Origin: Rhodothermales bacterium
GTDB lineage: Bacteria > Bacteroidota > Rhodothermia > Rhodothermales > VXPQ01
Reading direction: 5' to 3'
DNA: 39,807 bases
NCBI GenBank assembly: GCA_040904565.1
Contig: JBBDTI010000021.1
Location: forward strand, 1 to 39,807
The position numbers were made by a program, and so were the translations under genes. Numbering within the stretch: the stretch's first letter is position 1; every line of letters starts with the position of its first letter. The notes under the pieces were generated by a model. The model was not told where the DNA came from, ran no database searches, and was given only the letters and a program-made list of their open reading frames with translations. Shown here piece after piece: positions 27,808 through 36,930 of the stretch.

Positions 27808-29349
27808 TTAGCCGCGAGCGTGCGCCGCGGCCGGTTCGGAGCGAACCTCGGACCATCCCAGGTCGCTCGCAATGCAGTATTCGGTTGCTTCCGCAGACAA
27901 CATCACGCCCGGAACGCCGGCACCCGGATGCGTTCCGGCCCCCACGAAATACAATCCCTCCACGTCCTCGCTGCGGTTGTGCGGACGGAAATAGGCGGTC
28001 TGCGTGAGCCGCGGCTCGGGCCCGAAGGCGTTCCCTTCGAAGGCGTTGAGCTCCGACTCAAAATCCCGAGGCGTGAACGCGCGAGATACCTCGACGTTTT
28101 CTCGCAGTCCATCCAGCCCCCACTTCTCCAGAAACGTAAGCACGCGGTCGCCGTACTGCTCGACGGCCCGCTCGTCCCAGGCGTGGCCGGACCGTAGATT
28201 CGGCACAGGAACGAGCACGTAGAGACTCTCCCCTCCCTTCGGCGCCATCGTCGCGTCGGTGCGGGTCGGCGCATGCAGGTACATGCTGAAATCGTCCGGC
28301 AGCACCTTCCGATCGAACACGTCCTCGACCAGTTCGCGGTACCGATGCGAGAGAATCAGCGTGTGGTGCGCGAGCCTGGGATACGTCCGCCGCACCCCCA
28401 GATAGAGCAGGAAGCAGCTCATCGAATAATGCATCTTCTCGACCCGCCGGTCGGTCCACCTGCCCCGCTCCCCGGGTGCGATCAGGTCGCGATACGTGTG
28501 CGCCACGTCGGCGTTGCTGACGACGAGATCGGCGCGCAGCACTTCGTCACCGATGCGCACGCCGGACGCTTTGCCGCCGCGCACGACGATCTCGTCGACT
28601 TCCGCATTCGTTCGGATCGTGCCGCCGATGTCGATGAAGAGGCCGGCCAGCGCCTCGACCAGCGCGTACATCCCTCCGCGAGCGAACCAGACGCCCTGCT
28701 CCCGTTCCAGATACGGAATCATGGCGTAGATGGACGGCGCGCGGAACGGGTTCCCTCCCAGGAACAGGGGATGAAAGCTGAACAGAAACCGGTGGCGGAA
28801 GTCGTTGAAATACGTTGCGGCGAATGTAGACACCGGCTTCAGGGCCCCGAGTCGAAGAGCTCGCGGCGCGAAGGACAGCATCGACCCGATCGTATCGAAG
28901 GGCCGCGATCCGAGCCCGTCTTCGATCACGGCGCCGTAGATGAGCCGGACGGCCTCCATGAACGCGTCGTAGCGGGCGGCATCCCCTTCGTCGAACCGGG
29001 CCATCTGCCGCTTCATGTCGACCGGGTTGCCCGAGTAGTCGATCGAAGACCCGTCGTGGAAGAAGATCCGGTAGAAGGGGTCCATCGGCATCAACTCGAC
29101 GTAGTCTTCCAGCCGCCGGCCGGCCGACTCGAAGATCCGGCGGATGATGTCCGGCGCCGTAATGAGGCTCGGGCCCATGTCGAACGTATAGCCCGCCTCC
29201 CGGAACTGATACGCGCGGCCGCCGACCTTCTCGCGCTTCTCGACGAGGGTTACGTCCACCCCCCGAGCCTGGAGGCGCACGGCCGCGGCGAGTCCGCCGA
29301 ACCCGCTGCCCACGACGATCGCCTTGTGCTTCTTTGCAAACTCGTTCAT
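27808..29349 (-). CDS. crtI: Phytoene desaturase
   Basis: GSGFGGLAAA FAD motif, FDMGPSLIT, GGNPF, YFVGAGTHPGAGVPGV. Confidence 0.92.
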   Translation of the reverse strand: MNEFAKKHKAIVVGSGFGGLAAAVRLQARGVDVTLVEKREKVGGRAYQFREAGYTFDMGPSLITAPDIIRRIFESAGRRLEDYVELMPMDPFYRIFFHDGSSIDYSGNPVDMKRQMARFDEGDAARYDAFMEAVRLIYGAVIEDGLGSRPFDTIGSMLSFAPRALRLGALKPVSTFAATYFNDFRHRFLFSFHPLFLGGNPFRAPSIYAMIPYLEREQGVWFARGGMYALVEALAGLFIDIGGTIRTNAEVDEIVVRGGKASGVRIGDEVLRADLVVSNADVAHTYRDLIAPGERGRWTDRRVEKMHYSMSCFLLYLGVRRTYPRLAHHTLILSHRYRELVEDVFDRKVLPDDFSMYLHAPTRTDATMAPKGGESLYVLVPVPNLRSGHAWDERAVEQYGDRVLTFLEKWGLDGLRENVEVSRAFTPRDFESELNAFEGNAFGPEPRLTQTAYFRPHNRSEDVEGLYFVGAGTHPGAGVPGVMLSAEATEYCIASDLGWSEVRSEPAAAHARG

Positions 29350-29365
29350 CTAATCCTCTGACCTG

Positions 29366-30025
29366 TTATCGGGTGGATGTCCATGCGGCGCCGGCATCCT
29401 CGCCGTGCTCCGCCAGTACCTCAGCCATCTCGTCGAGGAGGTCCTCGACGGCCCGCTCGGCGACGGCCGCGTCCATCGTTCCGCCCGGCTCGATTCCTCG
29501 CGGCGCCCCGACCCCGATGAAGGCCGACCATGCCGGTGAGGCGAGCGGTTCGAGGTGGAGTGCGACGGGAACGACCGTACACGGCGCAAGCTCGCGGGCA
29601 AACACTTCCAGCCCGCGGCGGAAGCCGAGCGGACGCTTCCAGGACGGCCAGATACGTCCCTGCGGGAAAAAGGACAACCAGCAGGGGCGGTCGTCGGAGG
29701 CCGGCAGGCGGATCGCCTGCTTGATCGAGCCGGCCGTCTCGGTGAGGCCGATGGCGCCCATTCGGGAGAAAAAGGGAAACCGCGCGAGCTGGTCGGCGCG
29801 CATCAACGTGTAGAGGGGCGCGTCCGTGTCCGCCCTACGGTGCAATTCCCGGAGCAGGAAGCCGTCCCACCAGCTGACGTGATTGGACGCCAGGATGACC
29901 TTTCGATCGCCCGGTACGCCGTCGATTCCGCCGCGAACGTATAAGGCATGGAAGCGGAGGTGCATCCACGGGCGAAAGACGGATTCGAAGGCTCGAACCA
30001 GCAGTGGATTCCAGGTCGTCCTCAT
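29366..30025 (-). CDS. PlsC-like acyltransferase, probable carotenoid-glycoside acyltransferase (CruD-like)
   Basis: Real gene is the C-terminal half of ORF 29366..30688, from ATG 30025 (MRTTWNP), which overlaps the upstream stop (ATGA). NHVSWWD and FFPQG motifs. Confidence 0.82.
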   Translation of the reverse strand: MRTTWNPLLVRAFESVFRPWMHLRFHALYVRGGIDGVPGDRKVILASNHVSWWDGFLLRELHRRADTDAPLYTLMRADQLARFPFFSRMGAIGLTETAGSIKQAIRLPASDDRPCWLSFFPQGRIWPSWKRPLGFRRGLEVFARELAPCTVVPVALHLEPLASPAWSAFIGVGAPRGIEPGGTMDAAVAERAVEDLLDEMAEVLAEHGEDAGAAWTSTR

Positions 30026-32580
30026 GATTCGCCTCGCAGGATGACGTGATCGAGCGCGGCGGTGAGCGCTTCGCGGCGCGCCTCCGACAGCCCGCCGCGG
30101 CGCAGCACGAAGCGAACCATCTCGGCGTAGAGCGCCGGGGGATAGTACCCCGCGACGTCCGGAAGCAGCACGGCCAGGACGTCGAAATCGTCGGCGACCG
30201 ACCATCCGCGTCCCAGTATTCCGGGTAGATGGTAGCAGGTCAGCAGGCGCAGGTAGCGTATCTCGACGTGATCGGGGTGGGCCCGCACCTGGTCGTCGAG
30301 CACGTCGAGTCCGCGACGAACCGACTTCAGCTTGGACGGAGGCCAGAAGGCGTGCTTGCCCTCGAGGGCGATAAGGGCCCCGTCGTACGCCCGGTAGACG
30401 CCCCCGTCGCACGCGTCGATCGCCGCGCGCGTGGTCCGGAGAGCCTGTTCGTCGTCGACCGCCTCGATGTAGCCGCTGCGCACGTCCGCCAGACCTGGGC
30501 ACGCTGCCGAGGCGGTGCGAACGGCGAGGGTAGAGACGAGGACAGTGACGAGGGAGGAGACGAGGGCGATCCACAACACAACCGATGTCGGGACAGCCGC
30601 CGTGGCCGAGGCGGATTCGGACGACGAACGGGGGGCGGAGAGGCGTGTTCGTGGCGCGAGGGCCGATTTCGCCGCGTTCAGTTCCCACAGCGCACGGCCG
30701 GCCAGCAGCAGCTTTCTCGGCGGGCTCGTTACGGCACGCCGGCGAAGGTTGTCGTACCCGTTGCGGACGACCTCCGCGTGAATGCCGCGATAGACGGAGG
30801 ATGCGACGGCGGCGGCCCGGCCGAAGGTCTCCGGGAGCGCCGACAGTCCAGGTTTCGCGACCTCGTAGAGCGCTTCGGCACGACCGATCATCTCGTGCAT
30901 CATCGCCCGGTACGCGGCGGGAACGGGCTCAGCCGGAGACGATCCGTTGACCGACCTCGTCCACGCCGGGAGCCCTGACTCCGGCCCCGGACTCGCGAGC
31001 CCCGCATAGGCTCGAAGCACCTCTTCCGTGAGACCGTACCGATCGAGCACCTCCCGGGGAAGGTAGACGCGATCTTCCGCCAGATCTTCCCCGACGTCGC
31101 GAAGAATGTTGGTGAGCTGCATCGCCTTTCCCAGCGCGGCAGCCTGGGCATGTGCGTCGGGATCACGAACGCCGAAGAGGTAGCACATCCAGATGCCGAC
31201 CACCGACGCGACGCGATACATATAGAGATCGAGGTCCTCCCACGTCTGCATCCGCACGTGGACGAGGTCCATCCGTACGCCTTCGATCAACTCGTGGGCC
31301 AGGTCGATGGGCGCGCCGCGGTCGGCGGAAGCAGACATGACGGCATCCAGCCACGGGATGCCCGAGTCACCCGTCGCATAGGCCTGCTCGACGAGTGCGG
31401 CCCACGCCTCGAGACGCGCCGCAACGACGGCAGCGTCAGCATCGCCGCGATCCACGAAGTCGTCGGTCGTGCGGCAGAACGCATAGAGTCCGGCAATTAG
31501 GCGACGCTCGCCGCGTTCGAACCAGCGGGATGCAAAGGAAAACGACCGGGAATGCGCGGCGAAGAAGTCCACCGGCGCAGCCATCGACCCGGCTTCCGCC
31601 GCCCGGTTCCGCACGAAGGAGAGCGCCTGCGACGGTCCGGCTCTGCCTGGCGTTCCGGACGACGGATCCATCGGACTCGCGGTGGCGGACGACGGCGCCG
31701 CCGTGCGCGGTGTCGACGCGGCGCGCGATGAGACGGGGTCTCCGGCTGAGCCGGCCTCTGTCGGCGGTCGTGCGTCGTTCGACAGCGCAAACGCTGCGAG
31801 TCCGCCTGCGACGACGACGCTCACACCAACGCCCATCCACATGCCAGCCGCCGCAATCATGCCCAGGGGCATCAGGATCGTCAACCCATAATAGGCCGCA
31901 TGCCATCGGACGGAGAGCCGGTCGATGAGGTGCTCTTTCAGGGTCGTCTCAATCAGTCCCATCAGCACGATCCCGGTCAGCATCCATCCACCCAGATTGA
32001 TCAGCGGCATGCCGTAATACGGTCCGCCCTCCCCCCACGACCAGTAGCTGGTGAGTCCGCTCATGGCCGGATCCAGCGCCACGTCCCAGGCCGTCAGCAG
32101 CGCCGCACCGAGTAGAAACCGCTGCACCCGCTGGCTGGACCGGCGGAAGCGCCGGCGTGCGAGTACGTAGGATGGCAACGCCATAAGGAACCAGCTCAAC
32201 GGAATCAGCGCCGGCACCAGCCCGAACCACTTCCAGCCCAGGAGACCCGAATACGCGTAGCTGCCGAATGGAAGCCCGGTCGCTGTTCCGAGGAGCTCGC
32301 TGGCAAGGCTCGCCGCATAAACCAGTGCTCCCGCGACGACCCACCCACCGCCGATGCGTCGGACGAGGTACACCCCGAGGACGACGGCGGCAACCACCAC
32401 GTGCGCCTGCGCGAATAATCGAAACGACACGACGTAGAATGACGTCAGCGCCGGATACTCAGCCAGCAGCTGGGGATGCAGGCCGAACGATCCGAATCCG
32501 GCTACCGCAATCAGGGTGAAGAGCAGATAGGTCGTCAACCCGACCCCGTATCGCCAGTCCATCGATGAGTTCGCCGTCAT
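30022..32580 (-). CDS. crtB: Three-part fusion: CruF-type carotenoid 1,2-hydratase + phytoene synthase + TM segment and unknown helical domain
   Basis: N-terminal membrane domain (SELLGTATGLPFGSYAY, AWDVALDP, YYGMPLINLGGW); CrtB domain (SRSFSFAS, CRTTDDFVD, QLTNILRDVGED); C-terminal ~190 aa with a hydrophobic stretch and 'KHAFWPPSKL...EIRYLR...LP'. Start uncertain (32580 chosen). Confidence 0.85.
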   Translation of the reverse strand: MTANSSMDWRYGVGLTTYLLFTLIAVAGFGSFGLHPQLLAEYPALTSFYVVSFRLFAQAHVVVAAVVLGVYLVRRIGGGWVVAGALVYAASLASELLGTATGLPFGSYAYSGLLGWKWFGLVPALIPLSWFLMALPSYVLARRRFRRSSQRVQRFLLGAALLTAWDVALDPAMSGLTSYWSWGEGGPYYGMPLINLGGWMLTGIVLMGLIETTLKEHLIDRLSVRWHAAYYGLTILMPLGMIAAAGMWMGVGVSVVVAGGLAAFALSNDARPPTEAGSAGDPVSSRAASTPRTAAPSSATASPMDPSSGTPGRAGPSQALSFVRNRAAEAGSMAAPVDFFAAHSRSFSFASRWFERGERRLIAGLYAFCRTTDDFVDRGDADAAVVAARLEAWAALVEQAYATGDSGIPWLDAVMSASADRGAPIDLAHELIEGVRMDLVHVRMQTWEDLDLYMYRVASVVGIWMCYLFGVRDPDAHAQAAALGKAMQLTNILRDVGEDLAEDRVYLPREVLDRYGLTEEVLRAYAGLASPGPESGLPAWTRSVNGSSPAEPVPAAYRAMMHEMIGRAEALYEVAKPGLSALPETFGRAAAVASSVYRGIHAEVVRNGYDNLRRRAVTSPPRKLLLAGRALWELNAAKSALAPRTRLSAPRSSSESASATAAVPTSVVLWIALVSSLVTVLVSTLAVRTASAACPGLADVRSGYIEAVDDEQALRTTRAAIDACDGGVYRAYDGALIALEGKHAFWPPSKLKSVRRGLDVLDDQVRAHPDHVEIRYLRLLTCYHLPGILGRGWSVADDFDVLAVLLPDVAGYYPPALYAEMVRFVLRRGGLSEARREALTAALDHVILRGES

Positions 32581-32633
32581 AGGTCGTCGTAGTTCATGTC
32601 TGGCTGCATTCGCAGCACGTATCACGCCCGATC

Positions 32634-33521
32634 TTACAGCCATTGCGAAAAGGCGGTGAGACTGTCGAAGGCCCTGCAATCTTCGAAGGGATGACCTTCC
32701 AGATCCGTCGCGTCGAGCTGGCGTGCGGGCTCTCCGCCCAGGGCGATACGGTAAGGGGAGTCGGCCCTGTACAGGCCGCCCAGCACGCGCAGGGCGTTCT
32801 TCGCGTCGGAGGCTACCTGCGGAGGTGCCAGTCCCATCCCGACGAGGTTACTCGCGGTTTTCTGCTGCTGAATCGCAAACTCGTGAACGGGCACGTCGGC
32901 GCCGAGATAGACGACGCGCCACCCGCGGGATTCGAGGACCATGCGCGCCATGTTGACGCCCAGGTCGTGCCGATTCCCCTCCATGCATCCAACTACGGCC
33001 GAATGACCGCACGACGGATCTCTCGAAGCCGCACTCCGAAGGTCATACAGCGCGTCGGTCAGCAGCCCGGTCATAAGGTGCTCGTCACCCACCCCCATCG
33101 CCCCGCTGCTCCAGCCGTTTCCGACCCGGTGCAGCACGGGCCCAACGACCTTGTCGAACAGCTGCTCGAGCCGCAGCCCCTGCGTCAGCAACAGCTTCAA
33201 AAACGCCCCGATCGTCTCGTCGCCACGGTCCCGCAGCCCGCCGAACAGAAACGCGACGGACGCCGAAAACCGCTCATCGCGGGCACGCTCGAGCGTCTGA
33301 TACACGATCTCCGCGCGTTCTCCGAACTGAAGGAAGTCGCATTCGAGGTCCTCCGTCCGGGCATAGTCGAGCAGCGAGGAGAGCACCACACGCCGATGTC
33401 CGCCCGGCGTCCGCACGTGGTCGATCCGACCGGCATCACACCATCGCTTGATGGTCGACTCGTGGACGTGAACGATTTCAGACGCCTCCCCGGTCGTTAC
33501 CTTCAGCCCTATTTCGCTCAT
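32634..33521 (-). CDS. carH: CarH/LitR-like cobalamin-binding photoregulator (MerR/Xis-type HTH + B12-binding domains)
   Basis: N-terminal HTH (TTGEASE...STIKRW...RTPGGHRR); Wx9EH motif (WSSGAMGVGDEH); B12-binding His motif (RHDLG) and YLGADVP; located within the crt cluster. Confidence 0.8.
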   Translation of the reverse strand: MSEIGLKVTTGEASEIVHVHESTIKRWCDAGRIDHVRTPGGHRRVVLSSLLDYARTEDLECDFLQFGERAEIVYQTLERARDERFSASVAFLFGGLRDRGDETIGAFLKLLLTQGLRLEQLFDKVVGPVLHRVGNGWSSGAMGVGDEHLMTGLLTDALYDLRSAASRDPSCGHSAVVGCMEGNRHDLGVNMARMVLESRGWRVVYLGADVPVHEFAIQQQKTASNLVGMGLAPPQVASDAKNALRVLGGLYRADSPYRIALGGEPARQLDATDLEGHPFEDCRAFDSLTAFSQWL

Positions 33522-33615
33522 TTAAATCTAAATGATCGCTTATGTATGAGATAGGTGAACCATAGAACCTCAAAAACGTTCTCTTTGAAATGTTACAAGT
33601 TCATTCCGTGTATTC

Positions 33616-33645
33616 GGCGATATAGAGGGGCGATATAGAGGGGCG
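33616..33645. repeat. Perfect 13-bp tandem repeat in the carH/crtO divergent intergenic region
   Basis: GGCGATATAGAGG x2 + GGCG. Confidence 0.8.
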
Positions 33646-33674
33646 GTTTTGAGGAGGCAATCTTCAGGGGGAGT

Positions 33675-35204
33675 ATGGATTACGACGTCATCATTATCGG
33701 AGCGGGGCACAACGGGCTCGTGGCCGGGTGCTACCTGGCCCGTGCGGGCTACCGGGTCGGCGTGTTCGAGCGCCGTCACCTCGTCGGCGGCGCCGTCTCG
33801 ACGGAGGAGCTCGTCCCGGGGTATCAGTTCGACTATGGCGGCAGCGCGCATACGCTGATCCGGCTTACGCCGATCGTCGAGGAGCTTGAACTGGAAACGT
33901 ACGGGTTGGAGTATATCGACCTCGACCCCATCTTCGCGGTCCCGTCGGTCGACGAGGAGCCGCTGTATTTCTATCGCAGCGTCGATCGCACGGTGGACGA
34001 GCTCGAACGGATGCTGCCCGGGGAAGGACTCGCCTACAGGCGCTTCATCGACGACTGGCAACCGTTCGCCGAGACGGTAAAGGACGTTTTCCTGACCGTG
34101 CCGGGCCCGTTCCAGATCGGAAAGAAGATGATTCGGGGGGATGGTCCACGCATCGGCTGGAAAGATGCGCTGCGAACGATCGCACGGCCCTACGGCGAAG
34201 TGGTCGACCAGTACTTCGCCTCCGAACGGCTGAAATCGGCCCTTGTATGGATGGCCGCGCAGTCGGGGCCGCCCCCCACGGAACCGGCCTCCGCTCCCTT
34301 TCTTCTCTGGCATCCCCTCTATCACGAAGCGGGGATCGCACGGCCGCGCGGCGGGTCGGGCATGCTCACCGTAGCGCTGCAGCGGGATCTCGAAGCGCAC
34401 GGCGGCGACGTGCACGTCGGAGCACCGGTGAGCGAGATCGTCGTCGAGGCAGGCCGCGCCGTCGGCGTACAGGTGGGTGGGCACGGCTATACCGCGCGCG
34501 CCGTCCTCTCCGGGGCGCACGCCGTCGAGACGTTCACGCACCTGCTGCCGGAAGAACACCGGCCCAGGGGCGTCGAGAACCTGCGCGTCGGAAACGGCTT
34601 CGGCGCTGTGATCCGCGCGGCGCTGGATGAGCCGGTCCGCTATCCGGGAGCGGATGACCGGGCGCGTATCGGACTGCAGCTGCTCTGCCGGGACCGCCGG
34701 CAGATCATGGCGGCCTACGGCGACTACCTTGCGCGACGGCCCGCCGCTGATCCGCCCATCGTGGCGATGACGTTCTCTGCCGTCGATCCGTCACTCGCCC
34801 CGCCAGGCGGTGAGGTGCTCTGGCTGTGGGCACAGTATTTTCCGTACGAGCTGGCGGAGGGTACGTGGGACGAGCGCGGGGAGGCCGTCGCCGCGTCCAT
34901 CTTCGACGCGTTCGAAGTCTATGCGCCCGGAACGCGCGACAAGGTGGTGGACTATCTCTTCGAACACCCGCTGTACCTGGAACGGGAACTGGGACTCTTC
35001 CGCGGCAACGTAATGCACCTCGAAATGAGCCTCGACCAGATGTTCTGCCTGCGACCGACGCGCGAAATGAGCGGTTACCGGGCCCACCTCCAGGGACTCT
35101 ACCTGACCGGCGCCAGCACGCATCCGGGCGGCGGCATCATGGGCGCGTCGGGCCGGAACGCGGCGACGGTGCTGCTGAAGGATCTCGAACGGAAAAAGGT
35201 ATAG
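33675..35204 (+). CDS. crtO: CrtI-superfamily FAD oxidoreductase, probable CrtO-type carotenoid 4-ketolase
   Basis: [44 protein letters not shown]...[24 protein letters not shown]; SD-like GGGGAG upstream; crt context. Confidence 0.75.
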   Translation: MDYDVIIIGAGHNGLVAGCYLARAGYRVGVFERRHLVGGAVSTEELVPGYQFDYGGSAHTLIRLTPIVEELELETYGLEYIDLDPIFAVPSVDEEPLYFYRSVDRTVDELERMLPGEGLAYRRFIDDWQPFAETVKDVFLTVPGPFQIGKKMIRGDGPRIGWKDALRTIARPYGEVVDQYFASERLKSALVWMAAQSGPPPTEPASAPFLLWHPLYHEAGIARPRGGSGMLTVALQRDLEAHGGDVHVGAPVSEIVVEAGRAVGVQVGGHGYTARAVLSGAHAVETFTHLLPEEHRPRGVENLRVGNGFGAVIRAALDEPVRYPGADDRARIGLQLLCRDRRQIMAAYGDYLARRPAADPPIVAMTFSAVDPSLAPPGGEVLWLWAQYFPYELAEGTWDERGEAVAASIFDAFEVYAPGTRDKVVDYLFEHPLYLERELGLFRGNVMHLEMSLDQMFCLRPTREMSGYRAHLQGLYLTGASTHPGGGIMGASGRNAATVLLKDLERKKV

Positions 35205-35354
35205 GCCGGTGTGAACCGAGCACGCATCGCCCCGCTATCATCAAGCCCCGCCGCCAGCAGATTCCTTCGGCATCACGTCCCTGCGCCAACACAGCCCGCC
35301 GTCGTCGCGCCCTCCCGTGATACTACCCCACCATCATCACACAACATTGCCGCA

Positions 35355-36185
35355 GTGACCTACCTCACGTTCCATCTCGTCTTTCTCCTGCCGCCCATCG
35401 CAGTGCTGGCGCTGGCCCTTCGCCGCGTAGACGCCGCGCGCGGGTCGATCAAGTTCGTGGCGTTGCTGTGCGGACTGGCCTTGGTCTATACGACGCCGTG
35501 GGACAACTATCTCGTCTACCGGGAGGTCTGGTCGTACGGATCCGACCGGGTCGCCGGCACGATCGGTTACGTTCCCGTCGAGGAGTATCTGTTCTTCCTG
35601 CTGCAGCCGCTCCTGACCGGGCTCTGGCTGCTCGTCGTGCTGGACCGCTTGCCGCATTCGATTCCCGGATGTCGGCACCCTGGAAGGCGGCGATCGGACG
35701 TGCAGTCAGACGTGCGTCCGGGCATGCCATCGGGAGCGGCACGGAACGTGCGGTCGGAGGCGCCATCGGGAGCGCCGGCCGCCTCGCCGTCGGACGTGCA
35801 AACGCTCCGCCGGGCCGGCGCGGTGGCCGGATCGGTCGTCGCCCTGACGGGAGCGCTCTGCATCGCGTTTGAACAGACTCTGTATCTCGGCCTGATCCTC
35901 GCGTGGGCCGGGCCGGTCGTTGCCGGACAGTGGTTCCTCGCAGGCGAGCGGTTTATAAATCGGGCCTGCCTTCCGGGTATAGCCGTGCCTACGCTCTACC
36001 TGTGGATAGCCGATCGGATCGCAATCGGCGACGGGATCTGGTCGATATCCACCCGCTACACAATCGGGTGGGAACCGCTTGGACTCCCCGTCGAGGAAGC
36101 CGTCTTCTTTCTCGTCACCAACATCCTCGTCGTCCAGGGCCTGCTCATGTTTATCGACGGGAAACCATCGAGCGGCGGGCAATAG
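35355..36185 (+). CDS. Fused two-domain membrane lycopene cyclase (CrtYcd-type)
   Basis: Probable GTG start 35355 (MTYLTFHLVF); YTTPWDNYLV..VW.Y, VPVEEYLFF, PTLYLWIAD...GIW.I, LPVEEAVFF. Confidence 0.85.
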   Translation: MTYLTFHLVFLLPPIAVLALALRRVDAARGSIKFVALLCGLALVYTTPWDNYLVYREVWSYGSDRVAGTIGYVPVEEYLFFLLQPLLTGLWLLVVLDRLPHSIPGCRHPGRRRSDVQSDVRPGMPSGAARNVRSEAPSGAPAASPSDVQTLRRAGAVAGSVVALTGALCIAFEQTLYLGLILAWAGPVVAGQWFLAGERFINRACLPGIAVPTLYLWIADRIAIGDGIWSISTRYTIGWEPLGLPVEEAVFFLVTNILVVQGLLMFIDGKPSSGGQ

Positions 36186-36290
36186 TCCACGCTGGTTAGT
36201 AACCTGATACCGCATCAGTACGGGCGACGCCGCAAGCGGCCGTCTCGGTCGACCGCCCAGCGAAGATTAATTCAACAACATAGCGATACT

Positions 36291-36788
36291 ATGAGACATG
36301 CCACCGGAATCTTAACGCTCATCGTCCTCCTGGCCGGCTGCGCAACGACGGAGCTTCCCGAATTGACCGACGACGAATTACCCAACGACGAGCCCTTTGT
36401 GGGAGCGAACGTAATTCTCATCGAAATGGATGGGGACAGTGAGGCGATTCGAAGCCGGGTCGTGCAGACGATTCGCATCGAAGGGACGGACATCGCCCAG
36501 CCTTCGCTCGACGAACCCACGATTGGTACAGAGCCGGTAACGTTCTCTGGAGTTAACGGTTCGGCACGCTACTTTGTCGACATTCCGGAAAACGAAGGAG
36601 ATCCGGTGCGCATGTACGGGATCCTCATCGAGGAAACGGTGTCGGATCGCAACTCGTTCGCACGCTATCCCACGTATCGAGTAGTGCCCGGCGGATCGCG
36701 CCAATCGATCACCTGGCAGACGTGGACGGCAATGAACGACCTGGCGAATATCATGGCGCAGGGAGACATCCTATACGATCGGGAATAG
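36291..36788 (+). CDS. Hypothetical lipoprotein
   Basis: 165 aa with lipobox LLAGC; occupies the gap between flanking genes; no family recognised. Confidence 0.7.
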   Translation: MRHATGILTLIVLLAGCATTELPELTDDELPNDEPFVGANVILIEMDGDSEAIRSRVVQTIRIEGTDIAQPSLDEPTIGTEPVTFSGVNGSARYFVDIPENEGDPVRMYGILIEETVSDRNSFARYPTYRVVPGGSRQSITWQTWTAMNDLANIMAQGDILYDRE

Positions 36789-36930
36789 CGAGAGCAGGCG
36801 GTAACAGCTTCGGCGCCGTGATGCGCTCGGCGATGGAGAAACTGGCCCGTTTTTCGAGAACGAGGGATAGGACGCACGTGGGTCCGGATCCGGTGGTGTC
36901 CCTTCGCGACGCGACAATGAGGTGTCGGCC

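Noticed and set aside
30026-30688. N-terminal extension of the 440-aa acyltransferase ORF
   Set aside because: Arg-rich alternate-frame read-through overlapping the CruF-CrtB fusion. The ATGA overlap supports a start at 30025.
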